A stretch of DNA of 64,000 bases, taken from NCBI GenBank assembly GCA_016928955.1, contig JAFGJV010000047.1, positions 1-64,000 of the forward strand, written 5' to 3'. Position 1 is the first letter of the stretch, and every line of letters begins with the position of its first letter. The translations under genes were made by a program, and so were the position numbers. The notes below the pieces were generated by a model. The model did not search any database and was not told the origin of the DNA. It worked only from the letters and a program-made list of their open reading frames with translations. This document shows, one piece after another, positions 9,487-18,451 of the stretch. Source of the DNA: Spirochaetales bacterium. Its GTDB lineage: Bacteria > Spirochaetota > Spirochaetia > Treponematales > UBA12059.

Positions 9487-10638
9487 ATGCGGAAACTCTC
9501 CCTGGCCTTCATGAACGTGCCCCTGGCCGGCCACCTGGCGGCCATGGAGCCGATCATGCGCGCCTGCGCCGGCGCCGGTCACACGGTGACGCTGTATGGC
9601 TACGACTCCATGGCCGAGCTGGCCGCCCGCGTGGGCGCCGGGTTCAGGCCATACGCTGTTCAGGAATCGGTTTTTGATCCCGGCGAGCTGGGCTCAGTGG
9701 GTACCTTGTTTCGCCTCCTCATGCGCTTTGCCCGGGACAATGTCGACGAGTTGGCGGACAGCCTCCGGGCGGAGCCTCCGGACTGCCTGATACATGACCA
9801 GTTCTGCCCCTGGGGAAAATACGCTGCCCACGCGGCTGGCGTCAGGGCCGCGTCCAGCGTCACGTCCATGATCTTTGAGCGCGACGCCGGCACCGGGGCC
9901 CAGTCCATGCTGCGCGGCCTGTCTGGTATGGAGGAAGGGAACGACATCCGCGCCGCCCTATCCGAGCGCCTTGGCCTGCCCAAATGGGGCATCATAGACG
10001 CCATCCAGAACAAGCAGGGCCTCAATCTGCTCATGCGCCTTCCCGAGCTCCAGCGCGGCCACTTTGATAGTTACATGTACATAGGGCCCTGCCTGCCCGA
10101 GCGGGACTCGGTCGGCGCGCCGGATAAGCGTACATCGGAACCGATGGCCTATATGTCCATGGGCACGGTATATGCCTATGACGGCGACGAGGCGGAACGG
10201 GCCATCACGTCTCTCCGCAAGGCGGGCTTCAGGGTCCTGGTGGCGGCTGGTCCTCTGTTTGAACGCCTCTGTCCGCTGTCGGATCCGCCTGGGCTCGAGG
10301 TGATCCGGCGCTGCGACCAGTTGTCGGCGCTGGCTTTGGCGTCCGTGTTTCTTACCCACGGCGGCATGAACGGCACCCAGGAGGCCCTGTATCGCGGCAC
10401 CGTGCCCATCTTCAGGCCCCTACAGGACGAGCAGGCGTCAATCGCCGACGCCGTGTGCTCACGGGGAGCCGGCCTGCGCTGGGACGGGCGCTCCGACCTT
10501 GGCGCCATGGCGCTTGAGTCCCTTGCCGATCCATCGATACAGGCTGGCGTTGACGCGTTGGGAGCAAAACTGCGGGAGCGCGGTGGCGTGTCCCGAGCCG
10601 TGGAAGCTCTGGAACACTACGCGGGAGGACGGCTTTGA
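9487..10638 (+). CDS. GT1 family (macrolide/MGT-type) glycosyltransferase
   Basis: NVPLAGH N-terminal motif, YMSMGT, FLTHGGMNGTQEAL and DEQ C-terminal motifs. Confidence 0.9.
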   Translation: MRKLSLAFMNVPLAGHLAAMEPIMRACAGAGHTVTLYGYDSMAELAARVGAGFRPYAVQESVFDPGELGSVGTLFRLLMRFARDNVDELADSLRAEPPDCLIHDQFCPWGKYAAHAAGVRAASSVTSMIFERDAGTGAQSMLRGLSGMEEGNDIRAALSERLGLPKWGIIDAIQNKQGLNLLMRLPELQRGHFDSYMYIGPCLPERDSVGAPDKRTSEPMAYMSMGTVYAYDGDEAERAITSLRKAGFRVLVAAGPLFERLCPLSDPPGLEVIRRCDQLSALALASVFLTHGGMNGTQEALYRGTVPIFRPLQDEQASIADAVCSRGAGLRWDGRSDLGAMALESLADPSIQAGVDALGAKLRERGGVSRAVEALEHYAGGRL

Positions 10639-11336
10639 AACTGTTCTGCATACCCTTTGCGGGCGGCGGCGCGTCGGCGTACGCGCCCTGGAAGCGGCGC
10701 CTGGCTCCCCTGGCTAGTGTCGTTCCCATCCAGCTTCCCGGCAGGGAAGAGCTGTGGGACCGTCCCTACCTGGACACGGTTGCCGAGGCAGCGCTTCTGG
10801 TGGCCGACAAGATACACAACAAGGCGGACGGCCCGTACTGCGTATTCGGCCACTCCATGGGCGGCTTGATAGCCTTCGAGGCCTTGAGGGAGCTTAGCAG
10901 GCGCGGATGCGCCCTTCCCCTGCTGCTCATCGTGTCGGCCAGCCCCGCTCCCAGGCTGTTCAAGGCCCGTCTTACGGTATCCTGCCTGGAGTCGGAGGGC
11001 TTTGGCCGCCTCCGTGAGCTTCTTGGCCCCACCTACGACACCATGGCCGGGGACAAGGACCTGTTTGCATACGTGATGAGGACGATGAGGGCTGACGTGC
11101 TTATGTGCGAGCGCTATGTCCACGAGAGCGGCCCAGCCCTGCCCCTGCCCGTGGAAGCCTTCTGGGCGTCATCCGATCCCCTGTGCGTCAGGGATGAGAT
11201 CGACGCGTGGGACGCCCACGCGGGCCAGGGCCTCCGCGTCCACGAATTTGAGGGCGACCACTTTTACTTCAAGGCCAACCCGGATTTTGAAATCAGGCTC
11301 CGCTCGGCCCTGGAAGGGGCCGCCGCCCGCGCGTGA
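10635..11336 (+). CDS. Type II thioesterase
   Basis: LFCIPFAGGGAS, QLPGRE, GHSMG, GDHFY motifs. Confidence 0.93.
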   Translation: MKLFCIPFAGGGASAYAPWKRRLAPLASVVPIQLPGREELWDRPYLDTVAEAALLVADKIHNKADGPYCVFGHSMGGLIAFEALRELSRRGCALPLLLIVSASPAPRLFKARLTVSCLESEGFGRLRELLGPTYDTMAGDKDLFAYVMRTMRADVLMCERYVHESGPALPLPVEAFWASSDPLCVRDEIDAWDAHAGQGLRVHEFEGDHFYFKANPDFEIRLRSALEGAAARA

Positions 11337-12037
11337 AAGATCAGGAGGACAGCGTGCTTGTACTGGAGAACATAGGCAAAACCTACCGCATGAACGGCCA
11401 GGACGTGGTGGCCCTAGACGGCGTGACGCTCGGCGTCCATGAGGGGGAGTTCCTGGCCATACGCGGTCCTTCCGGCAGCGGAAAGACCACGCTCCTCAAC
11501 CTGGTGGGCCTGTTGGACAAGCCCAGCTCGGGCCGCATCCTGTTCCAGGGCCGGCCCATCTCGGACTCTGGAGCCCGCGAGCGCATGCTGGCGCGGCGCG
11601 ACCACCTGGGCTTTATTTTCCAGAGCTACAACCTGGTACCCGAGCTCAACGTGCTTGAGAACGTGGAAATGCCCCTGCACATCCTACGTATGCCCGCAGC
11701 TAAGCGGCGCGACCTGGTGGCGCGCATCGTGGACGACGTGGGGCTGACCCGTTTTGCCAAGCACCGGCCGGGCGAGCTGTCGGGCGGCCAGCAACAGCGC
11801 GTCGCCATAGCCAGGGCTCTGGTCAAGAAGCCCACGTTGGTGGTTGCCGACGAGCCCACGGCCAACCTGGATTCCAAGACGGGGCTGTCCATCATGGAGC
11901 TGATGGCCAGCCTCAACGCCAAGTACGGCGTGACCTTCATCTTTGCCACGCACGACGAGACCATCCTGCCGTTCATGAACAGGGTCATACAGCTGGTGGA
12001 CGGCCGCATAGCGTCAGACGAACAGGAAAGGCCGTGA
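11333..12037 (+). CDS. ABC ATP-binding protein, LolD/MacB-like
   Basis: GPSGSGKTT, GFIFQSYNL, LSGGQQQRVAIARAL, ADEPTANLD, ATHD. Confidence 0.93.
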   Translation: MKDQEDSVLVLENIGKTYRMNGQDVVALDGVTLGVHEGEFLAIRGPSGSGKTTLLNLVGLLDKPSSGRILFQGRPISDSGARERMLARRDHLGFIFQSYNLVPELNVLENVEMPLHILRMPAAKRRDLVARIVDDVGLTRFAKHRPGELSGGQQQRVAIARALVKKPTLVVADEPTANLDSKTGLSIMELMASLNAKYGVTFIFATHDETILPFMNRVIQLVDGRIASDEQERP

Positions 12038-12969
12038 GCGCTCGCTCCGTGGAGTTCCTGCAGATCGAGCCGACCAGGCACTGCAATTTCCATTGCCTGT
12101 TCTGCCAGGGCCGCTTCCTGCCCAAGGCCGAGCTGGAAACAGGGGTGCTCAAGCGCGCCCTTGCCGGCCTGGAAGGCGTCCGCTATGTGGAATTCCAGGG
12201 CGAGGGCGAACCCTTTTTGTATCCGGGCTACTTTGACGCGTGCCGGGCCATCCTTGAGCGTTTCCCGGGCGCGGAAATATCGACCATATCCAACGGTAGC
12301 ACCCTGGTACCGGCGGTGCGCGGCAAACTGGCCGGAGGGCCCGTTGCCCACATCCTGGTGTCCATGGAGACCTCGGACCCGGACGATTTCCGTTTCCTGC
12401 GCGGCGGAGACCTCACCCAGATCCTTGAGAACGTCAGGGAACTGCGCGCCTGCGCGGACGGACGACCCAGGGTGGGGCTGGCGGTGACCGTGCTCAGGGA
12501 CAGGGCCGATCAACTGGAGAAAATCGTGGTCCTGTACGACGAACTAGGGCTGGACGGCGGCATCAGCGTACAGTACCTGCAGAACATGGAGTCGTACGCT
12601 AGCCATTACGGGCCGGAACTGGCCGGTTCGACGTTTGCCGCCAGGGAGCAAGCCGAGTTCGAGAGGACACACGCGGCCGTGCTCGCGAGCGTCGCCCGAG
12701 TCAATGCCCGCGACAAGGCTTCTTTCTTTTACAGCCGCCTGTTCGACGGCTGGTCTCCAGCCGACCTGTCCTGCCCCTGGCTGGACCATGGAGCGTACCT
12801 GTCGGCCGACGGGACCGAGTCGCCGTGCTGTTACATCAAGGACGGCCGGGCCATGGACAGGGAGAGGCTGGCCGACGCCCTTGCGGCAGGCGTGGTGCCG
12901 CCGCCCTGCGAGGGGTGTTTTGTGGCCCGGGAAGTGAAGGCCGCAGGCCTGGCCTTGTCGTCGTTCTGA
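12034..12969 (+). CDS. Radical SAM protein with C-terminal twitch/SPASM-like Cys motif
   Basis: CNFHCLFC (CxxxCxxC), GEGEPFL, C-terminal CPWL..PCC..CEGC. Confidence 0.9.
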   Translation: MSARSVEFLQIEPTRHCNFHCLFCQGRFLPKAELETGVLKRALAGLEGVRYVEFQGEGEPFLYPGYFDACRAILERFPGAEISTISNGSTLVPAVRGKLAGGPVAHILVSMETSDPDDFRFLRGGDLTQILENVRELRACADGRPRVGLAVTVLRDRADQLEKIVVLYDELGLDGGISVQYLQNMESYASHYGPELAGSTFAAREQAEFERTHAAVLASVARVNARDKASFFYSRLFDGWSPADLSCPWLDHGAYLSADGTESPCCYIKDGRAMDRERLADALAAGVVPPPCEGCFVAREVKAAGLALSSF

Positions 12970-12990
12970 AAAAACCGGGGCCGGAGGACG

Positions 12991-13728
12991 CTAGTCGCCC
13001 AGCTCGGGGGGTATCAGATCGCGCCAGGCGACGCTCCTAAGCTCGGGCGGCCGTGCCGGCTCCGCGCGGGCAACGCAGGCGGTGTAGCCTGAGCCCGGCT
13101 CCAGGAAGTCCAGGTACAGGGTACGCGGCGTTAGTGCGGCGTTTTCCCGCGCGGTAGCTGTCAGCCCTGTATGGCCGAATTCCAGTTCCATGGCCGTAAA
13201 ATCCAGGCCAAGCCCGACTCCCAGGCACTTTGCCGCGCTCTCCTTGCCTGTCCAGATTTTCAGGAACAGGTCCAGCCGCTCGGGCGGGTCCAGGGAGGCC
13301 AGGCGAGCGGCCTCGGCTGGCGAGCAGGCTCCCGGAATCAGTTCGGCCAGGTCCGGCAGCGTGTCTTCCTGCACGTCCAATCCCACGGGCAAGCTGGAGA
13401 GGACGCAGGCCACCATGGACCCGGAATGGGACAGGCTGACATGGGCGCCTGGGGCGTTGGCCACGAATGGAGCCCCGAGCTCGGTTCGGCCGAGTGCGGG
13501 CTTGTCCAGCCGCAGAGCACGGCGCAAGGCGTGGTTCAGGAGGAGTTCGGCGTATGCGGAACGGGCCCTGTCGTCCGTTCTGCGCAGGCGTTCCGTGCGC
13601 GAGCGTCGCTCAGGGGAAACAGCGCTGGAAACGAGGTGTTCGACCAGGGATGGATCCATGGCGCTTGAGTCAAGGCGCGAGAGGAAAACCAGGCAGCTGT
13701 CCCTGGGCAGGGCAAGCGGTTTGTCCAA
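12991..13728 (-). CDS. Sfp-type 4'-phosphopantetheinyl transferase
   Basis: G.P, HVSLSHSG, VGLDVQ, WTGKESAAKCLGVGL motifs. Start codon uncertain. Confidence 0.9.
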   Translation of the reverse strand: MDKPLALPRDSCLVFLSRLDSSAMDPSLVEHLVSSAVSPERRSRTERLRRTDDRARSAYAELLLNHALRRALRLDKPALGRTELGAPFVANAPGAHVSLSHSGSMVACVLSSLPVGLDVQEDTLPDLAELIPGACSPAEAARLASLDPPERLDLFLKIWTGKESAAKCLGVGLGLDFTAMELEFGHTGLTATARENAALTPRTLYLDFLEPGSGYTACVARAEPARPPELRSVAWRDLIPPELGD

Positions 13729-13734
13729 GCCTTG

Positions 13735-14583
13735 TTACAGCTTGACCACGTCGTTGATCAGTTTGCCAAGCGCGCTGTCCTGGCTTTGGATGGTTTTCTG
13801 GTTGGCCTCGTACGCGCGGTTGACCTCTATCATTCTGACCATCTCGGACACCACGTTGACGTTGGCGGCTTCCGTAAAACCTTGGTGGACGGTGGGACGG
13901 TCCTCGCCCCGCATGAGCCGAGCCGGCCCAGACGTGTCGGTGGCCTTCCACATGCTGGAGCCCTGCTTGGCCAGGTAGCGCTCGATTTCAAAGTCGACGA
14001 TCTTGAGCGTGTCCAGGAGCATGGGATTGGCCCAGTCGTTCTGCTCGCGGCCCACCAGGGCCTCGGGGTCGTCCAGGTAGTCCTGGTTGACCCAGACGTT
14101 GCCGTCCTTGTCTATCTGGAAATTGTTGGCTTTTACGTAAATGGGGCCGGACTCGCCCAGGACCGGGTAGCCGTCCTTGGTTTCCAGGTAGCCTTCCTTG
14201 CCCAGTATGAAGGAACCGTTGCGCGTGTAGCGCTCACCATAAGGCGTGTCCACGCACAGCCAGCCGGAGCCGTCCAGGGCCACGTCAAAGTCGCTCTCCG
14301 TGGCCTTGAGGGCGCCCTGCTCCAGCTCGGTGAATATCTCGTTGGACTCCACGCCGGTGCCGAGCTTGCCTATCATGGGGGCCATGTCGCCGGAGCCGAG
14401 GGGGTGCAGGTACACGCCGTCGTCGTTCACGCGCCTGAGGAGGAGCTGGGCAAAGGCTTTGCTCACGGCCACGTCTCGCTTGTAGCCGTCGGTATCCACG
14501 TTGGCCAGGTTGTTGGCTATGGTGTCCAGGCGGACTTGCTGGGCAGCCATGCCGCTGGCGCCCGTATACCATCCTCTGAGCAT
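13735..14583 (-). CDS. flgF: Flagellar basal-body rod protein (FlgF/FlhO-FlgG family)
   Basis: ANNLANVDTDGYK, YTRNGSF, EAANVNVVSEMVRMIEVNRAYEANQK motifs. Confidence 0.88.
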   Translation of the reverse strand: MLRGWYTGASGMAAQQVRLDTIANNLANVDTDGYKRDVAVSKAFAQLLLRRVNDDGVYLHPLGSGDMAPMIGKLGTGVESNEIFTELEQGALKATESDFDVALDGSGWLCVDTPYGERYTRNGSFILGKEGYLETKDGYPVLGESGPIYVKANNFQIDKDGNVWVNQDYLDDPEALVGREQNDWANPMLLDTLKIVDFEIERYLAKQGSSMWKATDTSGPARLMRGEDRPTVHQGFTEAANVNVVSEMVRMIEVNRAYEANQKTIQSQDSALGKLINDVVKL

Positions 14584-14602
14584 GCGTTCCTCCGTCCCTT
14601 CC

Positions 14603-14630
14603 TTATCGGCGGGAAAGGACCGACGGTTGA
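14603..14630 (-). promoter_or_regulatory. Sigma28 (FliA)-type promoter of the flagellar rod gene
   Basis: Minus strand TCAA-N16-GCCGATAA, followed by GGAGG RBS. Confidence 0.75.
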
Positions 14631-14768
14631 GCGCCTGCGGCTCGTTGGAACCGTTACCCGCCGCCGGGGATCATGGTATACTGGCCGTACGGACGCCGGC
14701 GCGCGGAAAGCGCCAACGGAACGCCCGCGGGGTTCCGGCCAGAGGCGCCGCGGCATAAGGAGGAAACA

Positions 14769-15017
14769 ATGGGTATAGCGTTGGTCATTGTCGGGGGCGT
14801 GGTGCTTCTGACCTTCATTCCTGTCTACTTTGATTACCGGGCGCGCATGGCCAAGAATCGTCCGGGCACGGACCGGGGCGATCTCGAGCTTCTGAAAAAG
14901 CGCGTCGAGCTTCTGGAGGACCAGCTGTCCGAGAAGGACGCGCGGCTCAAGCTCGTGGAGCGCGACCTCAACTTTGTCAGCCGCTTGCTCGAGGACAAGA
15001 CCGGAGGCCAAGCGTGA
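14769..15017 (+). CDS. Small single-TM coiled-coil protein (PspB-like architecture)
   Basis: AAGGAGG RBS, N-terminal TM, heptad-rich C-terminus. Confidence 0.7.
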   Translation: MGIALVIVGGVVLLTFIPVYFDYRARMAKNRPGTDRGDLELLKKRVELLEDQLSEKDARLKLVERDLNFVSRLLEDKTGGQA

Positions 15018-15655
15018 AATTCCCGCGACTCTTTGCCCTGGCGCTTGCCCTGTGCGTGTCGGCTTCCGCCTGCGCACAGTCCGCCGACCCAGCCGCCGAC
15101 AAGGCCGCGTCGCTTACGTCCCGACTGCCTGACGGCCTGTACGCCGTGGTGGACACGCCCCGGGGGGTGATTATCCTGAGCTTGTATTACAAACAGGCTC
15201 CCCTAGCGGTGGCCAGCTTTGTCGGCCTGGCTGAGGGCCGATTCCTGCCGGGCGGCCGGCCGTATTTTGACGGAATAAGCTTTCATCGGGTGGAAGCGGG
15301 TTTTGTGGTCCAGGGTGGCGACCCCGAAGGCTCGGGGTACGGCGGCCCCGGCTACCAGTTTCCCAACGAGATTGTCCCGGGCCTGGGCTTTGGCACCAGC
15401 GGCGTGGTAGGCATGGCCAACGCCGGACCCGGCACCAACGGTAGCCAGTTTTTCATCACGCTGGCCCCGGCTCGGCATCTGGACGGCGGCTACACGGTGT
15501 TTGGCCGCGTGGTCAGCGGCATGCAGGCCGTATCGTCCATACGCAAGGGCGACCCCATGGTAACGGTCCGCATTGTGCGGCGGGGCGCGGATGCCCAGGC
15601 CTTTGTGCTCAGCAGGGAAGAATTCGACGACCTTGTCAAAAAGTCGGGGTTCTGA
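15014..15655 (+). CDS. Exported cyclophilin-type peptidyl-prolyl isomerase
   Basis: FHRV..GFVVQGGDP, MANAGPGTNGSQFFIT, HLDGGYTVFGRV; signal peptide. Confidence 0.93.
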   Translation: MKFPRLFALALALCVSASACAQSADPAADKAASLTSRLPDGLYAVVDTPRGVIILSLYYKQAPLAVASFVGLAEGRFLPGGRPYFDGISFHRVEAGFVVQGGDPEGSGYGGPGYQFPNEIVPGLGFGTSGVVGMANAGPGTNGSQFFITLAPARHLDGGYTVFGRVVSGMQAVSSIRKGDPMVTVRIVRRGADAQAFVLSREEFDDLVKKSGF

Positions 15656-15670
15656 AAACTAACGGTTCTA

Positions 15671-15708
15671 GGGAGCCTCTAATAACCATGGGGTTTTTAG
15701 AGGTTCCC
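15671..15708. repeat. Palindromic repeat family A (GGGA[A/G]CCTCT...AGAGG[T/C]TCCC)
   Basis: GGGAGCCTCTAATAACC-ATGG-GGTTTTTAGAGGTTCCC; related copies at 23900, 23970, 47814, 63861. Confidence 0.85.
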
Positions 15709-15798
15709 AAAAGTCGGATGAGTTTTAAAAAGAGCTCCATGTTAAGACGTGATTTGCGTGGCGGTTGCGATATATGCAAACAAGCGCGAGCAATCGCA

Positions 15799-15838
15799 AA
15801 GCCAATTTCAGAAGTAACAGACTTCTGAAATTGGTTCT
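15799..15838. repeat. Palindromic repeat family B (GCCAATTTCA..AGT-N5-ACT..TGAAATTGG)
   Basis: CCAATTTCAGAAGT-AACAG-ACTTCTGAAATTGG, perfect 14-bp arms; related to 63846-63924. Confidence 0.8.
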
Positions 15839-15874
15839 AGCGGCTACCTTTAGCCTTAGGTCTGGGAGTTGAGC

Positions 15875-16960
15875 ATGAACGTGCGACGCGTGGCGCGAAC
15901 GGCTGCCCTTGCGGCCGTAGCCGTGGTTTTGTCTATCGCGGTTTTTATTGGCGGTTCGGTAGCCTATTTCAAGCTGAGCCGGGCCTCGGACTTTGGCCGC
16001 CAGGAACGGCGGCTGGCCATGCTTGAAGATGGCGACGCCGTCCTGCTGGCCGGCATGGCCGACAGCCCGGAAGCGCTGGTTACGTCGGCCGGTGGCCTTG
16101 ACCTGCCCTGGAACCGTACGCGCGTGGTCGCCACGCACAACAGCTACCATCTCAGGCCTGGCGCCCTCCGTTCCTTTATCCTGGGCATAGCAAAGCCGGC
16201 CGAACCTGCCAAGCTGGCCTACAGCCACCGGACCCTGACCGAGCAACTGGACTCGGGCGTCCGGAGCTTTGAGCTGGACGTCCGCCTGCGCGCCGGGCGT
16301 TTCGAGATAACCCACGTGCCCCTGGTGGACGACCGAACGGCCAGCCCCGATCTTGAGCTGGCTTTCCGGGAACTTGCCCTGTGGTCGGCCAGGCACCCAG
16401 ACCATCTGCCCTTGGTCGTGCTGCTTGAGCTTAAAGATGACTGGATGGTCCTGGACGGCAAGCTGGAGGCCTTTGACGGACCGGCGCTCGGGAGGCTCTC
16501 GGGTTTGGCGGCGGCGGCCTTTGGGGCCTCCCTGTTCGGGCCGGGCGAGCTCCCTGCTCCCGTGGACGGCACGGTCAAGTGGCCAAAGCTACGCGAGCTG
16601 GCCGGCACGGTCATGGTCGTGGTCCATGAAAACGACCAGTTCCGCGGCTTGTTGCTTGAGCTCTACGGACCGGAGCTTGCCGGGTCGTCCTTGTTCACCT
16701 GCGCCCCGCCCGGCAGTCCGGACGCTGCCTTTGCCATCCTCAACGACCCCGCCGACCCGCGCATCCCCGAATATTTGGACCGCGGTATAGTCGTGCGCAC
16801 GCGAGCAGACGCGGACACGGCGGTATCGTCCGCCCAGGCGGCCGCCGCCCTGACCAGCGGGGCCCAGCTTGTGTCCACCGACTATCCGCCGGGAGGGCCA
16901 GCGCACAAAAGCGGCTACTGGTTCAGCTACTCGGGCACGTTGGCCGTGCTGAGGCCATAG
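15875..16960 (+). CDS. Ca2+-dependent phosphoinositide-specific phospholipase C family protein
   Basis: THNSYH, QLDSGVRSFELDV, HPDHLPLVVLLELK, VRTRAD, SGAQLVSTDYP motifs; N-terminal anchor. Confidence 0.85.
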   Translation: MNVRRVARTAALAAVAVVLSIAVFIGGSVAYFKLSRASDFGRQERRLAMLEDGDAVLLAGMADSPEALVTSAGGLDLPWNRTRVVATHNSYHLRPGALRSFILGIAKPAEPAKLAYSHRTLTEQLDSGVRSFELDVRLRAGRFEITHVPLVDDRTASPDLELAFRELALWSARHPDHLPLVVLLELKDDWMVLDGKLEAFDGPALGRLSGLAAAAFGASLFGPGELPAPVDGTVKWPKLRELAGTVMVVVHENDQFRGLLLELYGPELAGSSLFTCAPPGSPDAAFAILNDPADPRIPEYLDRGIVVRTRADADTAVSSAQAAAALTSGAQLVSTDYPPGGPAHKSGYWFSYSGTLAVLRP

Positions 16961-17050
16961 CGGTCGCCAGCTTGCGAGAAAAGAATTCCGTGGCGTGGAG
17001 AGCCCCGCGGCGCTAAAATACCCTCATATCGAGCTTTGAGGAGGTGCCGT

Positions 17051-18382
17051 ATGGTGTCCGGAACCATGGCTCTTGCGCTGCTGGTGGCCGCAGTGGTGGC
17101 CATCGTCCTTCTGACGGGCAAGGTCAAGGTGAACGCCTTCCTGGTCCTGATCGGCGTGGCCTTTGTCTTTGGTCTGGCCATAGGCATGCCGGCTTTGGAT
17201 GTGGTAGGCAAGATCAAGACCGGCTTTGGCGGCACGCTGACCAACATAGGCATCGTGATAGTGGCCGGCACGATCATGGGCACCATCCTAGAGAAGACCG
17301 GCGCCGCCCTGTCCATGACTCAGGCCATCCTGAAACTAGTAGGCAAAAAGCGCGCCCCGCTGGCCATGAACGCCGCCGGCTACGTGGTGTCGGTGCCCGT
17401 GTTCTGCGACTCCGGCTTTGTCATCCTGAATCCCCTGAACAAGGCTCTGGCCAAGGAGACGGGCACGTCTATGGCCGTCATGGCCGTGGCCCTGGCAACC
17501 GGCCTGTACGCCACGCACACCATGGTGCCGCCCACGCCGGGACCCATAGCCGCCGCCGGTGCCCTGGGAGCCGACCTGGGCAGGGTAATCCTGATAGGCC
17601 TCATAGCCGCCATCCCGGCGACTCTGGCCGGTCTGTTCTGGGCTACCAAGGTGGCCAAACGTTACAAGATAGAAGCCGATGTGGAAGAGTCGTACTCGGA
17701 CATCATCAAGAAGTATGGCAAGCTCCCCAACACCTTCCTGTCCTTCCTGCCCATCGTGCTGCCCATCGTGCTCATACTCCTCAAGAGCCTGGCCGAATTC
17801 CCGTCCAAGCCCTTTGGCGAGGCCGGCTTCCAGACCTTCATCCGCTTCATAGGCGATCCGGTGACGGCACTCATCCTTGGCGTCCTGGCCAGCCTGTTCC
17901 TGGTTAAGAAGGGCGAGCTCGGCAAGGCGGTCAACGAGTGGATGGGCCAGGGCATCAAGGACTCGGCCATCATCCTGGTCATCACGGCGGCCGGCGGCTC
18001 TTTTGGCGCCATCATCGCCGCCAGTCCCATCGTCGAATTTCTCAAGACCAGTATGAGCGGCCTGTCGCTCGGAGTCTTCCTGCCGTTTGTCATTGCCGCG
18101 GCGCTGAAGACCGCCCAGGGTTCGTCAACGGTGGCCATCGTTACCACGGCAAGCATCATGGCCCCCATGATGGCGACCATGGGCCTGGACCCGGCCCTTG
18201 CGGTCGTTGCCATAGGTGCGGGCTCCATGGTGGTATCGCACGCCAACGACTCGTACTTCTGGGTGGTGTCCCAGTTCTCCGGCATGTCCGTGCAGACGGC
18301 GTACAAGGCGTATTCCAGCGCCACGGCGGTTGAGGGCATTGTGGCCGCCGCCGTGGTGGGAATTCTGTCCCTGTTTATGTAG
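17051..18382 (+). CDS. GntP family organic-acid permease (probably glycerate)
   Basis: VPVFCDSGFVIL, HTMVPPTPGP, KTAQGSSTVA, SHANDSYFW; GAGGAGG RBS. Confidence 0.92.
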   Translation: MVSGTMALALLVAAVVAIVLLTGKVKVNAFLVLIGVAFVFGLAIGMPALDVVGKIKTGFGGTLTNIGIVIVAGTIMGTILEKTGAALSMTQAILKLVGKKRAPLAMNAAGYVVSVPVFCDSGFVILNPLNKALAKETGTSMAVMAVALATGLYATHTMVPPTPGPIAAAGALGADLGRVILIGLIAAIPATLAGLFWATKVAKRYKIEADVEESYSDIIKKYGKLPNTFLSFLPIVLPIVLILLKSLAEFPSKPFGEAGFQTFIRFIGDPVTALILGVLASLFLVKKGELGKAVNEWMGQGIKDSAIILVITAAGGSFGAIIAASPIVEFLKTSMSGLSLGVFLPFVIAAALKTAQGSSTVAIVTTASIMAPMMATMGLDPALAVVAIGAGSMVVSHANDSYFWVVSQFSGMSVQTAYKAYSSATAVEGIVAAAVVGILSLFM

Positions 18383-18398
18383 ATTTTTCTGTGGCACA

Positions 18399-18438
18399 GG
18401 GCCGCCCAGAGCGCCATGACGCGGGCGGCCCGTTTTTT
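18399..18438 (+). terminator. Intrinsic terminator-like hairpin between permease and kinase
   Basis: GGGCCGCCC...GGGCGGCCC stem followed by G + T6. Confidence 0.6.
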
Positions 18439-18451
18439 AAGGAGGCGGACG

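Noticed and set aside
15725..16405. Minus-strand 226-aa ORF crossing the repeat mosaic as a possible transposase remnant
   Set aside because: It is an antisense shadow of the phospholipase gene, with no DDE or HUH motifs.
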